Of a stretch of 32,000 nucleotides of DNA, positions 1 through 9,116 are shown piece after piece. Source of the DNA: Candidatus Saccharimonadota bacterium (GTDB taxonomy: Bacteria; Bacillota_I; Bacilli_A; Mycoplasmatales; Hepatoplasmataceae). The stretch covers positions 210,001 through 242,000 of the forward strand of contig AP027131.1 in assembly GCA_027925225.1 (NCBI GenBank), in the 5' to 3' direction. The translations under genes and the position numbers were made by a program. The notes beneath the pieces are model-generated. The model was not told the DNA's origin, did no database searches, and saw only the letters and a program-made list of their open reading frames with translations. The first letter of the stretch is position 1. Each line of letters opens with the position of its first letter.

Positions 1-816
1 TATCCAAAAGGTAGAATTATTGAAATATTTGGTCCAGAATCTTCAGGTAAAACAACTCTTGCACTCCATTCTATAGCTTCTGCGCAAAAAAATGGAATAA
101 TTTCTGCTTTTATTGATGCAGAACATTCAATTGATGTTTCTTTTGCGCAAAGAATTGGTGTAGATATTAAATCATTAATAATTTCTCAACCAAATTCTGG
201 CGAACAAGCATTAGAACTTGTTGAACATCTTTTAAATACAAAAAAAATTGGTTTAATTGTTATTGATTCAGTAGCGGCACTAACCCCTCAAGAAGAAATT
301 GATGGAAATATTTCAGATAAAACAGTTGGTTTACAAGCAAGGCTTATGGCAAAGTCTTTAAGAAAACTTAATTCTATAATTTCAGATACAAAAGCAGTTG
401 TTATTTTTATTAATCAAATAAGAGAAAAAATTGGAGTAATTTTTGGTAATCCTGAAATAACACCCGGTGGAAGAGCATTAAAATTTTATTCAACACTTCG
501 AATTGAAACAAGGTTGAAAGAAAGAGTGGGGACACAAAATAATTTAATTGGACAAAAAACTACTGTAAAAATAATAAAAAATAAATTAGCAGTTCCTTAT
601 AAAAAAACTGAAGTTTTAATTTATTTTGATAAAGGAATTAATAATGAGGAAGAAATTCTTGAATTAGCTTTAAAATCTGAAGTTTTAACTAAAAATGGTT
701 CTTGATATTTTTATAAAAACAAAAAAATTGCTCAAGGAAAAAATGAAACATTAAATAAACTTAAAATTGAAAATTTATTTGAGGAAATAAAAAAAGAAAC
801 TTTAAAAAAAATGTAA
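1..816 (+). CDS. recA: Recombinase RecA (5' end outside window)
   Basis: Frame 1 is open from base 1. The translation YPKGRIIEIFGPESSGKTTLALH (Walker A), LIVIDSVAALTP and FINQIREKIGVIFGNPEITPGGRALKFYS matches the RecA core. One in-frame TGA (703-705) must be Trp. Stop is TAA 814-816. Confidence 0.97.
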
Positions 817-833
817 ATTAAGTTTTACATTTT
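808..833 (+). terminator. Weak AT-only hairpin overlapping the recA stop (possible terminator)
   Basis: Inverted repeat AAAATGTAAA / TTTACATTTT with 10-bp arms and a 6-nt loop. The T-run lies inside the 3' arm and the stem has only one G-C pair. Confidence 0.3.
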
Positions 834-853
834 GCTTGTATTATAATTCTAGT

Positions 854-1639
854 ATGATAAATATTGTACTTATTGGTGATATTTTTGGTAAAGAAGGAAA
901 AGAATTTGTTGCCAAAAAGATTTATTTTATTAAAAAAAAATATAACCCTGATGTAATTATTGCTAATGGTGAAAATGTTTCCTTTGGTGGGAAATCGATG
1001 ATAAAAGAAGATTATATTTTCTTAAAAAATTCAGGAATTAATTATTTTACGATGGGAAATCATACTTTTAGAAATTTAAAAATAAATGAATATATAGATG
1101 AAACAAATGATTTAGTAAGACCAGCAAACTATATAGAAAATGTTAAGGGAAAAGGTTTTTTGACATTTGAATTAAAAGGTAAAAAAGTTTTGCTTTTTAA
1201 CCTTTTAGGTGAAACATTTATGAATATAAAGGTTAAAAATCCTTTTAAAAAAGCAGATGAAATTTTAAGTAAAAATAAATATGATATTGCAATTTTAGAT
1301 TTTCATGCTGAAACAACTTCAGAAAAAATAGTTTTAGGGAATTATCTTTCAAATAGAATTAATATTTTTGTTGGCACACACACACATATTCAAACTTCAG
1401 ATGAAAGAATTTTAAATAATAAAATGGCTTATATTACAGATTTAGGAATGTGTGGAGTTTTTGATTCTGCAATTGGAATGGATTTTCATGCTGTAACAAA
1501 TAGACTTATTCATCAAGGCAAAGGAGAAAGATTTATAGAGGCCAGAGGAGGAAAAAAAGTCCTTTGTGGACTTTTTGTTCAATTAGATTCTTTTAATTTA
1601 AAAGTTAATAAAATTGAAAGAATTCAAATTAGAGAATAA
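854..1639 (+). CDS. ymdB: YmdB-like metallophosphoesterase (2',3'-cyclic-nucleotide phosphodiesterase family)
   Basis: Calcineurin-like phosphoesterase motifs are present: MINIVLIGDIFGKEG, GENVSFGG, GNHTF, DFHAETTSEK, GTHTHIQTSDE. Its position downstream of recA matches Bacillus. ATG 854 is preferred over the track's TTG 836. Confidence 0.85.
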   Translation: MINIVLIGDIFGKEGKEFVAKKIYFIKKKYNPDVIIANGENVSFGGKSMIKEDYIFLKNSGINYFTMGNHTFRNLKINEYIDETNDLVRPANYIENVKGKGFLTFELKGKKVLLFNLLGETFMNIKVKNPFKKADEILSKNKYDIAILDFHAETTSEKIVLGNYLSNRINIFVGTHTHIQTSDERILNNKMAYITDLGMCGVFDSAIGMDFHAVTNRLIHQGKGERFIEARGGKKVLCGLFVQLDSFNLKVNKIERIQIRE

Positions 1640-1644
1640 ATTTT

Positions 1645-2397
1645 TTATAAAGCCATTATTATTCCTGCGGCTATTGCTCCACCGCATAGTGGTGCAATAG
1701 TTCCTACTATTGAATACATTCAATTTGAAGATCCTTTTTCTTTAAGGGGTAGAAACATATGTGTTAATCTTGGCATTAAATCTCTTGCAGGGTTTAATGA
1801 AAATCCTGTAATTGATCCAATAGACATTGCTATACCAAATACTACAAGTCCAACAAAAATAGGACTAAATGCTGGTCCAGCTGCATCAACTACTTGTGGT
1901 AGTAAAACAGCAAATACTAATGTAAATGTACCAACTAATTCAACAGTAAAATTTCTTGTTCAATTCATTGTATTATTTGTTTCAAATGAGTTTCCTGTTA
2001 CATAAATTCCTGCAACTTCATCTTTGTTTTCATGTTTTTCAATTCTTGATCAAAATACAAATGAAATAAACATTGCTCCTAATAATGCACCAACTAATTC
2101 ACCAGCTAATGCAACAAAGAAATCACTAACATCTCATGTTCCAGTAATTCAATATCCAATACCAACAGCTGGGTTTATTGCTGCACCTGTGTAAATTGCA
2201 AAATATACACCCATCATGATTGCAACTCCTCAACCAAGAGATACAAATAATCAATTACTTGTATTAGCATTTGGAGAAGCATCTTTTGGTCTTGCGTGAG
2301 TACCTTTTAAAGTAGCGGTTGCATTTACTCCTAGACCTATAATCAAAAGTATCATTGTTCCTATGAGCTCATAAACAAATACTTGTCAAAGTTCCAT
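1645..2397 (-). CDS. glpF: Glycerol uptake facilitator / aquaporin-family channel
   Basis: Absent from the ORF track because it has 8 in-frame TGA codons. Runs on the minus strand from ATG (2395-2397) to TAA (1645-1647), 250 codons with no TAA/TAG (checked codon by codon). The translation MELWQVFVYELIGTMILLIIGLGV... contains two NPA boxes (AAINPAVG and FSLNPARD). Confidence 0.92.
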
Positions 2398-2538
2398 TTT
2401 AATTTTTCCTTTTTGTTAATTTTAATGTGTTTTTGCATTTTTTAAAATGCTAATTAATTATAAATAAAGTTATAAGATATAAAAAAAATCAAATTTTAAA
2501 ACCATCATTTAAAATATATATTAGTAAGGTTTATATTT

Positions 2539-3504
2539 ATGATAAGTAGTAGAAGAACAATTGAATTAGTTGGATATGGACATCCTGATAGATTTGCAGA
2601 TTATATTTCCGAAAAAATTATGATGGAACATTTTAAAAAAGATATTAATTCTAAAATTGCAGCAGAAGTAATGGTCACAAGAAATATTATATTTTTGGGA
2701 GGGGAAATAAATTCAAAAGCTAAAATTAATCATGAAGAATTGGTATATGAAGCAATTGAAAAAGTTTATGGACAAAAATGATGACCAAATTATAAAAGTG
2801 AAGTAGAAGTAATTGATAATATAAAAAAACAATCTCCAGAATTAAATAAATTACAAAAAAAGGAAATCGTTGCAGGAGATCAAGGTGTTGTTTTTGGATA
2901 TTATGGTAAAGAGAGATTTAAACAAATAAAAATGCTTTATAAATTAATAAATGATTTAAGAGAAGAATTTGTTGATATTTGACCCGATTGAAAACTTTTG
3001 TACAATGAAAGTATAAAAGAATTATCTATTTCAATTTGTGGTTTAAAAATTAAAGAGCACAAAAAAATAAAAGAATTTTTAGAAGATAAATTAAATAATA
3101 TAAAAATTATTGTAAATCCTGGTGGTGAGTGAATGATAGGAGGGCCTCATTCTGATACTGGTGTTACTGGAAGAAAATTAATGATTGATACTTTTGGAGC
3201 TGGAATTCCTCATGGGGGAGGGGCATTTTGCGGGAAAGATTTTTCAAAAATTGATAAATCTGGTGTTTTAATTGCTTCGGAAATTGCTTATAAATATGCA
3301 AAAGAAAACAGAAAAGAAGAAGTGCTGGTTGAACTTCATTATAAGATTGGTGATAAATATCCAGAGATAATAATAAATGGAGACAAGGATTTTAGAACCG
3401 GTCAGGAATCATTAAATAATTGGATAGAAAGATCTAAATTATTAACTTTTGATTGACCAGAAATAGTTTTAAAGGGTGGAGTTATTTTTTCATTTGGATT
3501 TTAA
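2539..3504 (+). CDS. metK: S-adenosylmethionine synthetase, compact form (321 aa)
   Basis: Motifs GHPDRFADYISE, VAGDQGVVFGY and GGPHSDTGVTGRKLMIDTFGAGIPHGGGAFCGKDFSKIDKSG. Several in-frame TGA codons are read as Trp. TAA at 3502-3504. Confidence 0.93.
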
Positions 3505-3505
3505 A

Positions 3506-3531
3506 ACAAAGTTTTTTTGCTTTGTCTTTTT
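3506..3531 (+). terminator. Rho-independent terminator candidate after metK
   Basis: ACAAAG (3506-3511) pairs with CTTTGT (3520-3525) across an 8-nt loop, followed by CTTTTT. Confidence 0.45.
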
Positions 3532-3561
3532 CTAGATTTTTAAAATTTCATCTTATTTTAA

Positions 3562-3592
3562 TTGATAATTTTAATTAGAAATTAAGTATAAT
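3562..3592 (+). promoter_or_regulatory. Candidate sigma-A promoter for tRNA-His
   Basis: TTGATA (3562-3567) and TATAAT (3587-3592) with a 19-nt spacer, which is slightly long. The -10 box ends 12 nt before the tRNA 5' end. Confidence 0.35.
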
Positions 3593-3603
3593 TTATATGA
3601 TGT

Positions 3604-3680
3604 GGCGAATGTGGTGAAGTGGTTAACACATCGGGTTGTGGTTCCGACATGCGAGGGTTCAATTCCCTTCATTCGCCCCA
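3604..3680 (+). tRNA. tRNA-His (anticodon GTG) with encoded G-1 and CCA
   Basis: The cloverleaf was folded by hand. G-1 (3604) pairs with C73. The acceptor stem is GCGAATG/CATTCGC and the anticodon stem is TCGGG/TCCGA. The anticodon loop is TTGTGGT (anticodon GTG) and the T-arm is GAGGG-TTCAATT-CCCTT. The 3' CCA is encoded. This is the only GC-rich island in the intergenic regions. Confidence 0.93.
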
Positions 3681-3704
3681 TTTTTTTTATTCAAAAAAAT
3701 ATTA

Positions 3705-4139
3705 ATGAAAAAAGAATATTTCACAAATAGTGAGACCGAAACAATAAAATTAGGTGAGTTTTTTTTTGAATTAGCAAAAAAAAGAAATGTAAAATTAATT
3801 TTTTTAAAGGGTAATTATGGTTCGGGAAAAACTTTCTTCACAAAAGGATTTGCTAAAGCTCTTTCAATAAATGAAAAAATAAAATCTCCATCTTTTAATA
3901 AAAAATTTGTTTATAAAAACTTTGTTCATTATGATCTTTATAATTTAAAAAGATTTGAAATAGAGGATTATAAAAATCAAATATTAGAAGATATTGAATT
4001 TAATTTTGTTATTGTAGAATGAAGTGAAAATATTTTAATAAAAAAATATAAAAAATATTTTTATAAATATTTTTTAATAAATTTAGAAGTTATTAATGAT
4101 AATGAAAGAAAATTTATCTTAAAATATATTAATAAATAA
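3705..4139 (+). CDS. tsaE: tRNA t6A37 biosynthesis ATPase TsaE
   Basis: Contains LKGNYGSGKTFFTKGFAKAL (P-loop) followed by HYDLYNL. ATG 3705 lies just after the tRNA. The track's 3636 start overlaps the tRNA and is rejected. TGA 4020-4022 is read through to TAA 4137-4139. Confidence 0.85.
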
Positions 4140-4141
4140 TT

Positions 4142-4684
4142 ATGAAATTATTCATAGATACGTCTAATTCAATTTTAGTTTTTTCTCTAATAAATAGCGA
4201 TGATAATGTTGAAGATTTTATTGCTTATAAAGTAAATAAAAATGCAACAGTTATTTCAATTGATTTATTAAAGGCTTTTATGAAAAAAAATAAATTTTCT
4301 TTTGTTGATATTGATACTTATTATTTTATAATTGGTCCTGGATCTTTTACTGGAATTAGAATAGTTTTAAATATTTTAGGTTCTATTAATCTTGTTTATA
4401 AAAATTTAAATTTTTATACAATTAGTTCATTTGATTTTTTTAAAGAAAAAAATAAAAAATTTGTTTATGTTCCTTTTGGAAAAAATAAATTTTATTTAAA
4501 AAAATATTCCTTTTTTAAAAGAAATTTTAAAATTGTAAAAAATATAGAGAAAAAAAATAAAAATTTGTCAGTAGTTGCTTACAAAAATTTTAATGAAAAT
4601 AAATTAGAATATTTAATTAAAAATAAAAAATTTAAAAAGTTAAAATCATTAGATAAAGTTAAACTTATATATGGTGTTAAGTAA
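4142..4684 (+). CDS. tsaB: tRNA t6A37 biosynthesis protein TsaB (YeaZ-like)
   Basis: Contains MKLFIDTSNS...IIGPGSFTGIRIVLNIL, the ASKHA-fold signature of YeaZ/TsaB. It lies between tsaE and tsaD. Confidence 0.8.
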   Translation: MKLFIDTSNSILVFSLINSDDNVEDFIAYKVNKNATVISIDLLKAFMKKNKFSFVDIDTYYFIIGPGSFTGIRIVLNILGSINLVYKNLNFYTISSFDFFKEKNKKFVYVPFGKNKFYLKKYSFFKRNFKIVKNIEKKNKNLSVVAYKNFNENKLEYLIKNKKFKKLKSLDKVKLIYGVK

Positions 4685-6051
4685 TGAATGAAATAAGAGA
4701 AGTTTTGATAAACGAAAAATATTTAAATAAAAATGTAAATGTTTTTGGCTGAATTAAATATCGTAGAATTTCAAAAGAAATTGGATTTTTAACTATTACA
4801 GATGGAAGCAATATTGAAGGAATTCAAATAGTTTTTAAAAAAAATTTATTATCAAAAGAAAAGTTTGAGAAATTGCTAAATATTAATTTGTTTACTCCTG
4901 TTAGTATAAAAGGTAAATTAATAAAAAATTTAAGAAATAATTTAAATGAAATAAATTTAGAAGATTTTACTGTTTTAAATAATGTAGATAATGATTTTAT
5001 TTTAGGAAAAAAAGAGCATAGCCTTGAATATTTAAGAGAAAATGCGCATTTAAGAATTAAAACTACATTATTTCAAGCAATAATGAAAATACGTACAACT
5101 CTTTATTCGGAATTAATTTCTTTTTTTGAAAAGGAAAACTTTTATTATGTTGCAGCCCCAATAATAACTTCTAATGATGCTGAAGGAGCTGGAGAAACTT
5201 TTAAAATTTTAAAAAATAACGATAAACCATTTTTTAATAATGTAGGAGGAGTTCTTAGTGTATCTGGACAATTACATGCAGAATCTTATGCTCAAAGTCT
5301 AGGGAAGGTTTATACTTTTGCCCCTACTTTTCGTGCCGAAAATTCCAATACAACAAAACATGCTGCTGAGTTTTGAATGTTAGAACCCGAAATGACTTTT
5401 TACGATTATTTTAAAGCAATGGACTTTGGTGAAAAAATGCTAAAAGTTGTTGTGCGTAAAACTTTAGAAAAATGTAAAAATGAATTTAAGGTTTTAGAAT
5501 CAATTTTAAAAATTAAAATTATTTCAGAATTAGAATTATTTTTAAAAGAAGATTTCATGAAAATTTCTTATAAAGAAGCTATTATTATTTTAAAAAATGC
5601 ATTAGAAGAAAATAAAGTAAATTTTGATGAAAAAAATATTAAATTTGGTCTTGACTTCGGAACAGAGCATGAGAGATATTTAACAGAAAAACATTTTAAA
5701 AAACCAGTTTACATTTATGATTTCCCTTTTAAAATAAAATCTTTTTATATGTTTAAGAATAATGATACAGATAATACTGTTAGAGGATTTGATCTTTTAG
5801 TTTCTGGAATTGGTGAACTTATAGGAGGATCGCAAAGAGAATATAGATATGAAACTCTTTTACAATCATTAAAAGAAAAGAATATTAATTCTAAAGATTT
5901 AGAATGATATTTAAATCTTAGAAAAAGTGGATATGCTCCTTCCTCTGGATTTGGACTTGGTTTTGAAAGATTGATGATTTTTGTTACAAAAATGGAGAAT
6001 ATAAGAGATGTTATTCCTTTCCCCCGCACACCAGGTAAATTATTATTTTAA
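4684..6051 (+). CDS. asnS: Asparaginyl-tRNA synthetase
   Basis: The ATG overlaps the tsaB stop (TAATG). N-terminal OB fold ([25 protein letters not shown]). Class II motifs [32 protein letters not shown] and [12 protein letters not shown]. Three TGA codons are read through. TAA at 6049-6051. Confidence 0.95.
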
Positions 6052-6054
6052 GAT

Positions 6055-7038
6055 ATGAAAATTTTAGCAATCGAAACTTCTTGTGATGATACATCTATTG
6101 CAATATTAGAAAACAATATTGTTATTTCAACTGTTATTTATTCACAAATTAATGAACATAAAAAATTTGGTGGTGTTGTTCCAGAAATTGCTTCAAGAAT
6201 TCATTCAAAAAAAATTTTTTTATTAATTGAAAAAGCTCTTAGTGATGCAAATATTAATATTAAAGAAATTGATAAAATTGCAGTTACTGGCGGTCCTGGG
6301 CTTATTGGAACATTACAAGTAGGTCTTATTGTAGCAAAAACTCTTTCTCTTATTTTAAATATTCCTTTTTATATAATTAATCATTTAGAAGGTCATATTT
6401 ATTCTGCTTTTATAGGTGAAGAAGAGAGTTTTATTCCTTTAAATGCTATTTTTTTAATTATTTCGGGCGGGCATACAATTATTGGTATTAAAAATAAATT
6501 TGAATTTAAGTATTTGGGCGAAACAAGAGATGATGCTATAGGAGAAACATACGATAAAGTTGCAAAAATATTTAATTTGCCTTACCCTAGTGGAAAATAT
6601 ATAGATGAACTTTTAGAATATAAAGAATTTGATAATTTGTATGATATTCCTAAAGTAAATTTAAAAAATTATGACTTTTCATATTCCGGATTAAAAACAT
6701 GAATGTTTAATGCTTCAAAAAAAGAAGAATATAAAAAAGAAAAATTACTATTTTCTTTTCAAAAACAAGCAATAGAACAATTGTTTTTGAAAATTGAAAA
6801 AGCTTATAAAGAGTTTAATATAAATAACTTAATAATAGTGGGCGGAGTTAGTTCTAATAGTTATTTAAGAAAAGAAACAAAAAATAGATTTAAAGACAAA
6901 TTAAATATTTTTTTTCCTAAAAAAATTTATAGTACAGATAATGCAGCAATGATTGGGTATACTTATTATTTAAAGAGAAATAAATTAAAAGAATCTTTAT
7001 ATAGTGAAGATGCAAAACCAAATTGAAAGATTGAATAG
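6055..7038 (+). CDS. tsaD: tRNA N6-adenosine threonylcarbamoyltransferase TsaD (Kae1/Gcp family)
   Basis: Contains MKILAIETSCDDTSIAIL, FGGVVPEIASRIH, VTGGPGLIGTLQVG, INHLEGHIYS, GETRDDAIGETYDKVAK and GGVSSN. TGA codons at 6700 and 7024 are read through. TAG at 7036-7038. Confidence 0.95.
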
Positions 7039-7042
7039 TTTT

Positions 7043-7885
7043 ATGAGCATAATAGCAGACGGAAAGTTAATAGCAGAAAAAAATATTTTAGAATTAAAAA
7101 CTAAAATAAAAAAAAGTAATTTTAAAACTTCGCCAATTTTTGTAATTATTCAGATAGGCAGAAATTCAGAATCAAATTTATATATAAAAAATAAAAAAAC
7201 ATTAGCAGAAAATCTTGGTTTTATATTAGAGCATTATAAATTTGATTCAGATATTAAAACTAAAAATATTATTAAAAAAATAAAAGAATTAAATGAAAAT
7301 AATGATATTTGTGGAATAATGGTTCAATTACCACTTCCTAAAAAATTAAATACAAATAAAATTTTAAATTCAATTTCAGTTAATAAGGATATTGATGGTT
7401 TAAATAAAAAAAATCAAAATTCAATTTTAAATGGAAAATCAAAATTTATTTCACCGACAGCACTTTCAGTTGAAAGTGTTTTAGATTTTTATAATATAAA
7501 TATTAAAAATAGAGATGTTATTGTAGTTGGCAAGGGAAGAGTGGCAGGAAAACCAATTTCCCTTTTAATGAAAAAAAGAGGTGGTAATGTTAAGGTTATT
7601 ACAAAAAGAAATTCTTATAAATTAGAAAAAAATTTACAATATTCAGATATTGTAATATCTGCTGTAGGAAAAGAAAATTTAATTAAAAAAAGAATGGTTT
7701 CAAAAGATGCAGTTCTTATTGATGTTGGAACAAAAATTAAAAATGGAAAATTAGTTGGAGATTTAGATTTTAATTCTCTAAAAGATAATGTTTTTTTAAT
7801 TACACCTACTCCTGGTGGAATAGGAGTAATTACTGTTTCTTTTTTAATGAGCAATGTTTTAAAGGCTTATAAATTGAATTCATAA
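7043..7885 (+). CDS. folD: Bifunctional methylenetetrahydrofolate dehydrogenase/cyclohydrolase
   Basis: Contains SIIADGKLIAEK, VIIQIGRNSESNLYIKNK, GIMVQLPLP, VVGKGRVAGKPISLL, VISAVGK and ITPTPGGIGVITVSFLM. ATG 7043 is used because the track's 7004 start would overlap tsaD. Confidence 0.92.
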   Translation: MSIIADGKLIAEKNILELKTKIKKSNFKTSPIFVIIQIGRNSESNLYIKNKKTLAENLGFILEHYKFDSDIKTKNIIKKIKELNENNDICGIMVQLPLPKKLNTNKILNSISVNKDIDGLNKKNQNSILNGKSKFISPTALSVESVLDFYNINIKNRDVIVVGKGRVAGKPISLLMKKRGGNVKVITKRNSYKLEKNLQYSDIVISAVGKENLIKKRMVSKDAVLIDVGTKIKNGKLVGDLDFNSLKDNVFLITPTPGGIGVITVSFLMSNVLKAYKLNS

Positions 7886-8024
7886 TTATTTTTAAAAACA
7901 TTTTAAATTAAAATTTTGTCTTTAAAAACATTTTTATTAAGGACATTTATTAATTTTCAACTATTTTTTTCTCTACAAATTATCATTTTTAATTTTATAA
8001 TAATTGTAAGTTTGATTTTATTAT

Positions 8025-9104
8025 ATGAAGACTGATAAAAAATTAAAAAGACAATATTTTAAAATAGAGGGAGATAAAGTAATTTATCCGGCCTCAGTAC
8101 TTTCTCGTGTGGGCGCAAGATTGATTGATTTTATAATTATTTGATTTCCTGCATTTCTAATTGTAAGTATTTATGTTCCTTTAAATGTAGAAGGGACATC
8201 TGATGCCACATCTTTTTCGCAAGTTGTTCCTAATCAATATGATCCAGTTTTAATGTTTTCTTGAGCTTTTACAGTATTTTTTGCTTTTTTTATTTTAATG
8301 ATATTACCTTATTACAGTAAAAACCCCGGACAAACATTAGGTAAAAAATTATTTAAAATAACCCCATTATATTTAGGCGAAAAAAATGAAAAGTTTGCTT
8401 ATATTTTAAGAGAGTTACCTATTACTATCCTTTTTATTTTACCTGGTATATTTGAATTGGCATTAGGATTTGATGCACAAGCATATTATCTTCAGTATAA
8501 TGCTTATTTAAGAAATAATCCACAATTTGATACTGGGAATCCAGTTTATCCTTCATTATTTACTTTTTTCAAAGATTACTGAGGAGGTAATGCTGATATA
8601 ACATCGGGAAATAATGTTTTTGATGGTTCTCCTGGTCAGCATCTTAATACTTCTGGTGTAGCAATGTGTTATTTACAAGTTATTACTTCAATGATATTTT
8701 TAATAGTATTAATTGTTCTTTGAATTTCAATGCTGATTGATTCACAAAAAAGAGGATATCATGATATCGCTTCAAAAACAGCAGTTGTTAATTTAAAAAC
8801 AATTACAACATTAGAAAATGCTGAGAAAATGTACAATGAATTAATGGGTGGCATTCCAAGCATTGTAGATGAAAATCCTCAAGATACACCAATTAAGCTT
8901 GATACAGATTTAAATGAAGAAAAAAAACAAGAAAATAATGGAGAAAATGAAAACTTAATAGTAGATAAAAATAAAGAATCAAATCAAAAAAAGGAAGAAC
9001 TAGAAGAAGAATCAAATAAATCAAAACCAGAAATAGAAAAAGAAATTGAGAAAGAATCTGAAAAAACAAAACCTAAAGAAGAAATAGAAAAAGATAATAA
9101 ATAG
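8025..9104 (+). CDS. RDD-family integral membrane protein with a Glu/Lys-rich C-terminal tail
   Basis: One frame is continuous from 8025 to 9104 once 5 TGA codons are read through. RDD-type landmarks are ASVLSRVGARLIDFIII, GQTLGKKLFKI and KRGYHDIASKTAVV. The C-terminal ~90 aa are low-complexity E/K/N-rich. Confidence 0.7.
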
Positions 9105-9116
9105 AAATAATTAATT

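Noticed and set aside
2398-2538. Possible SAM riboswitch upstream of metK; a small GCATTTT-TT-AAAATGC repeat is present.
   Set aside because: The 140-nt region is almost pure A/T. It lacks the G/C-rich conserved helices of SAM-I or SAM-II-type riboswitches, and it also has to hold the divergent glpF promoter.
3636-3704. N-terminal extension of the tsaE ORF given in the track (MWFRHARVQFPSFAPFF...).
   Set aside because: It is a translation of the tRNA-His gene and its T-rich trailer. The real start is ATG 3705.
5745-6029. 94-aa minus-strand ORF inside asnS.
   Set aside because: It is antisense to a strongly conserved class II aaRS region. It is a shadow ORF with no start context and a low-complexity product.
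7615-7854. 79-aa minus-strand ORF inside folD.
   Set aside because: It is an antisense shadow of a conserved coding region.
7891-7934. 14-bp direct repeat TTTAAAAACATTTT at 7891-7904 and 7921-7934 after folD. I considered a CRISPR-like or iteron-like structure.
   Set aside because: There are only two copies, the sequence is low-complexity AT, and there are no further repeats or spacers. It is most likely promoter or terminator-region background.
8880-9104. Repetitive GAA/AAA-rich tracts that look like tandem repeats. Similar tracts occur at 15214-15495 and 16539-17228.
   Set aside because: They are in-frame Glu/Lys-rich coding low-complexity sequence, not discrete DNA repeat units or mobile-element ends.
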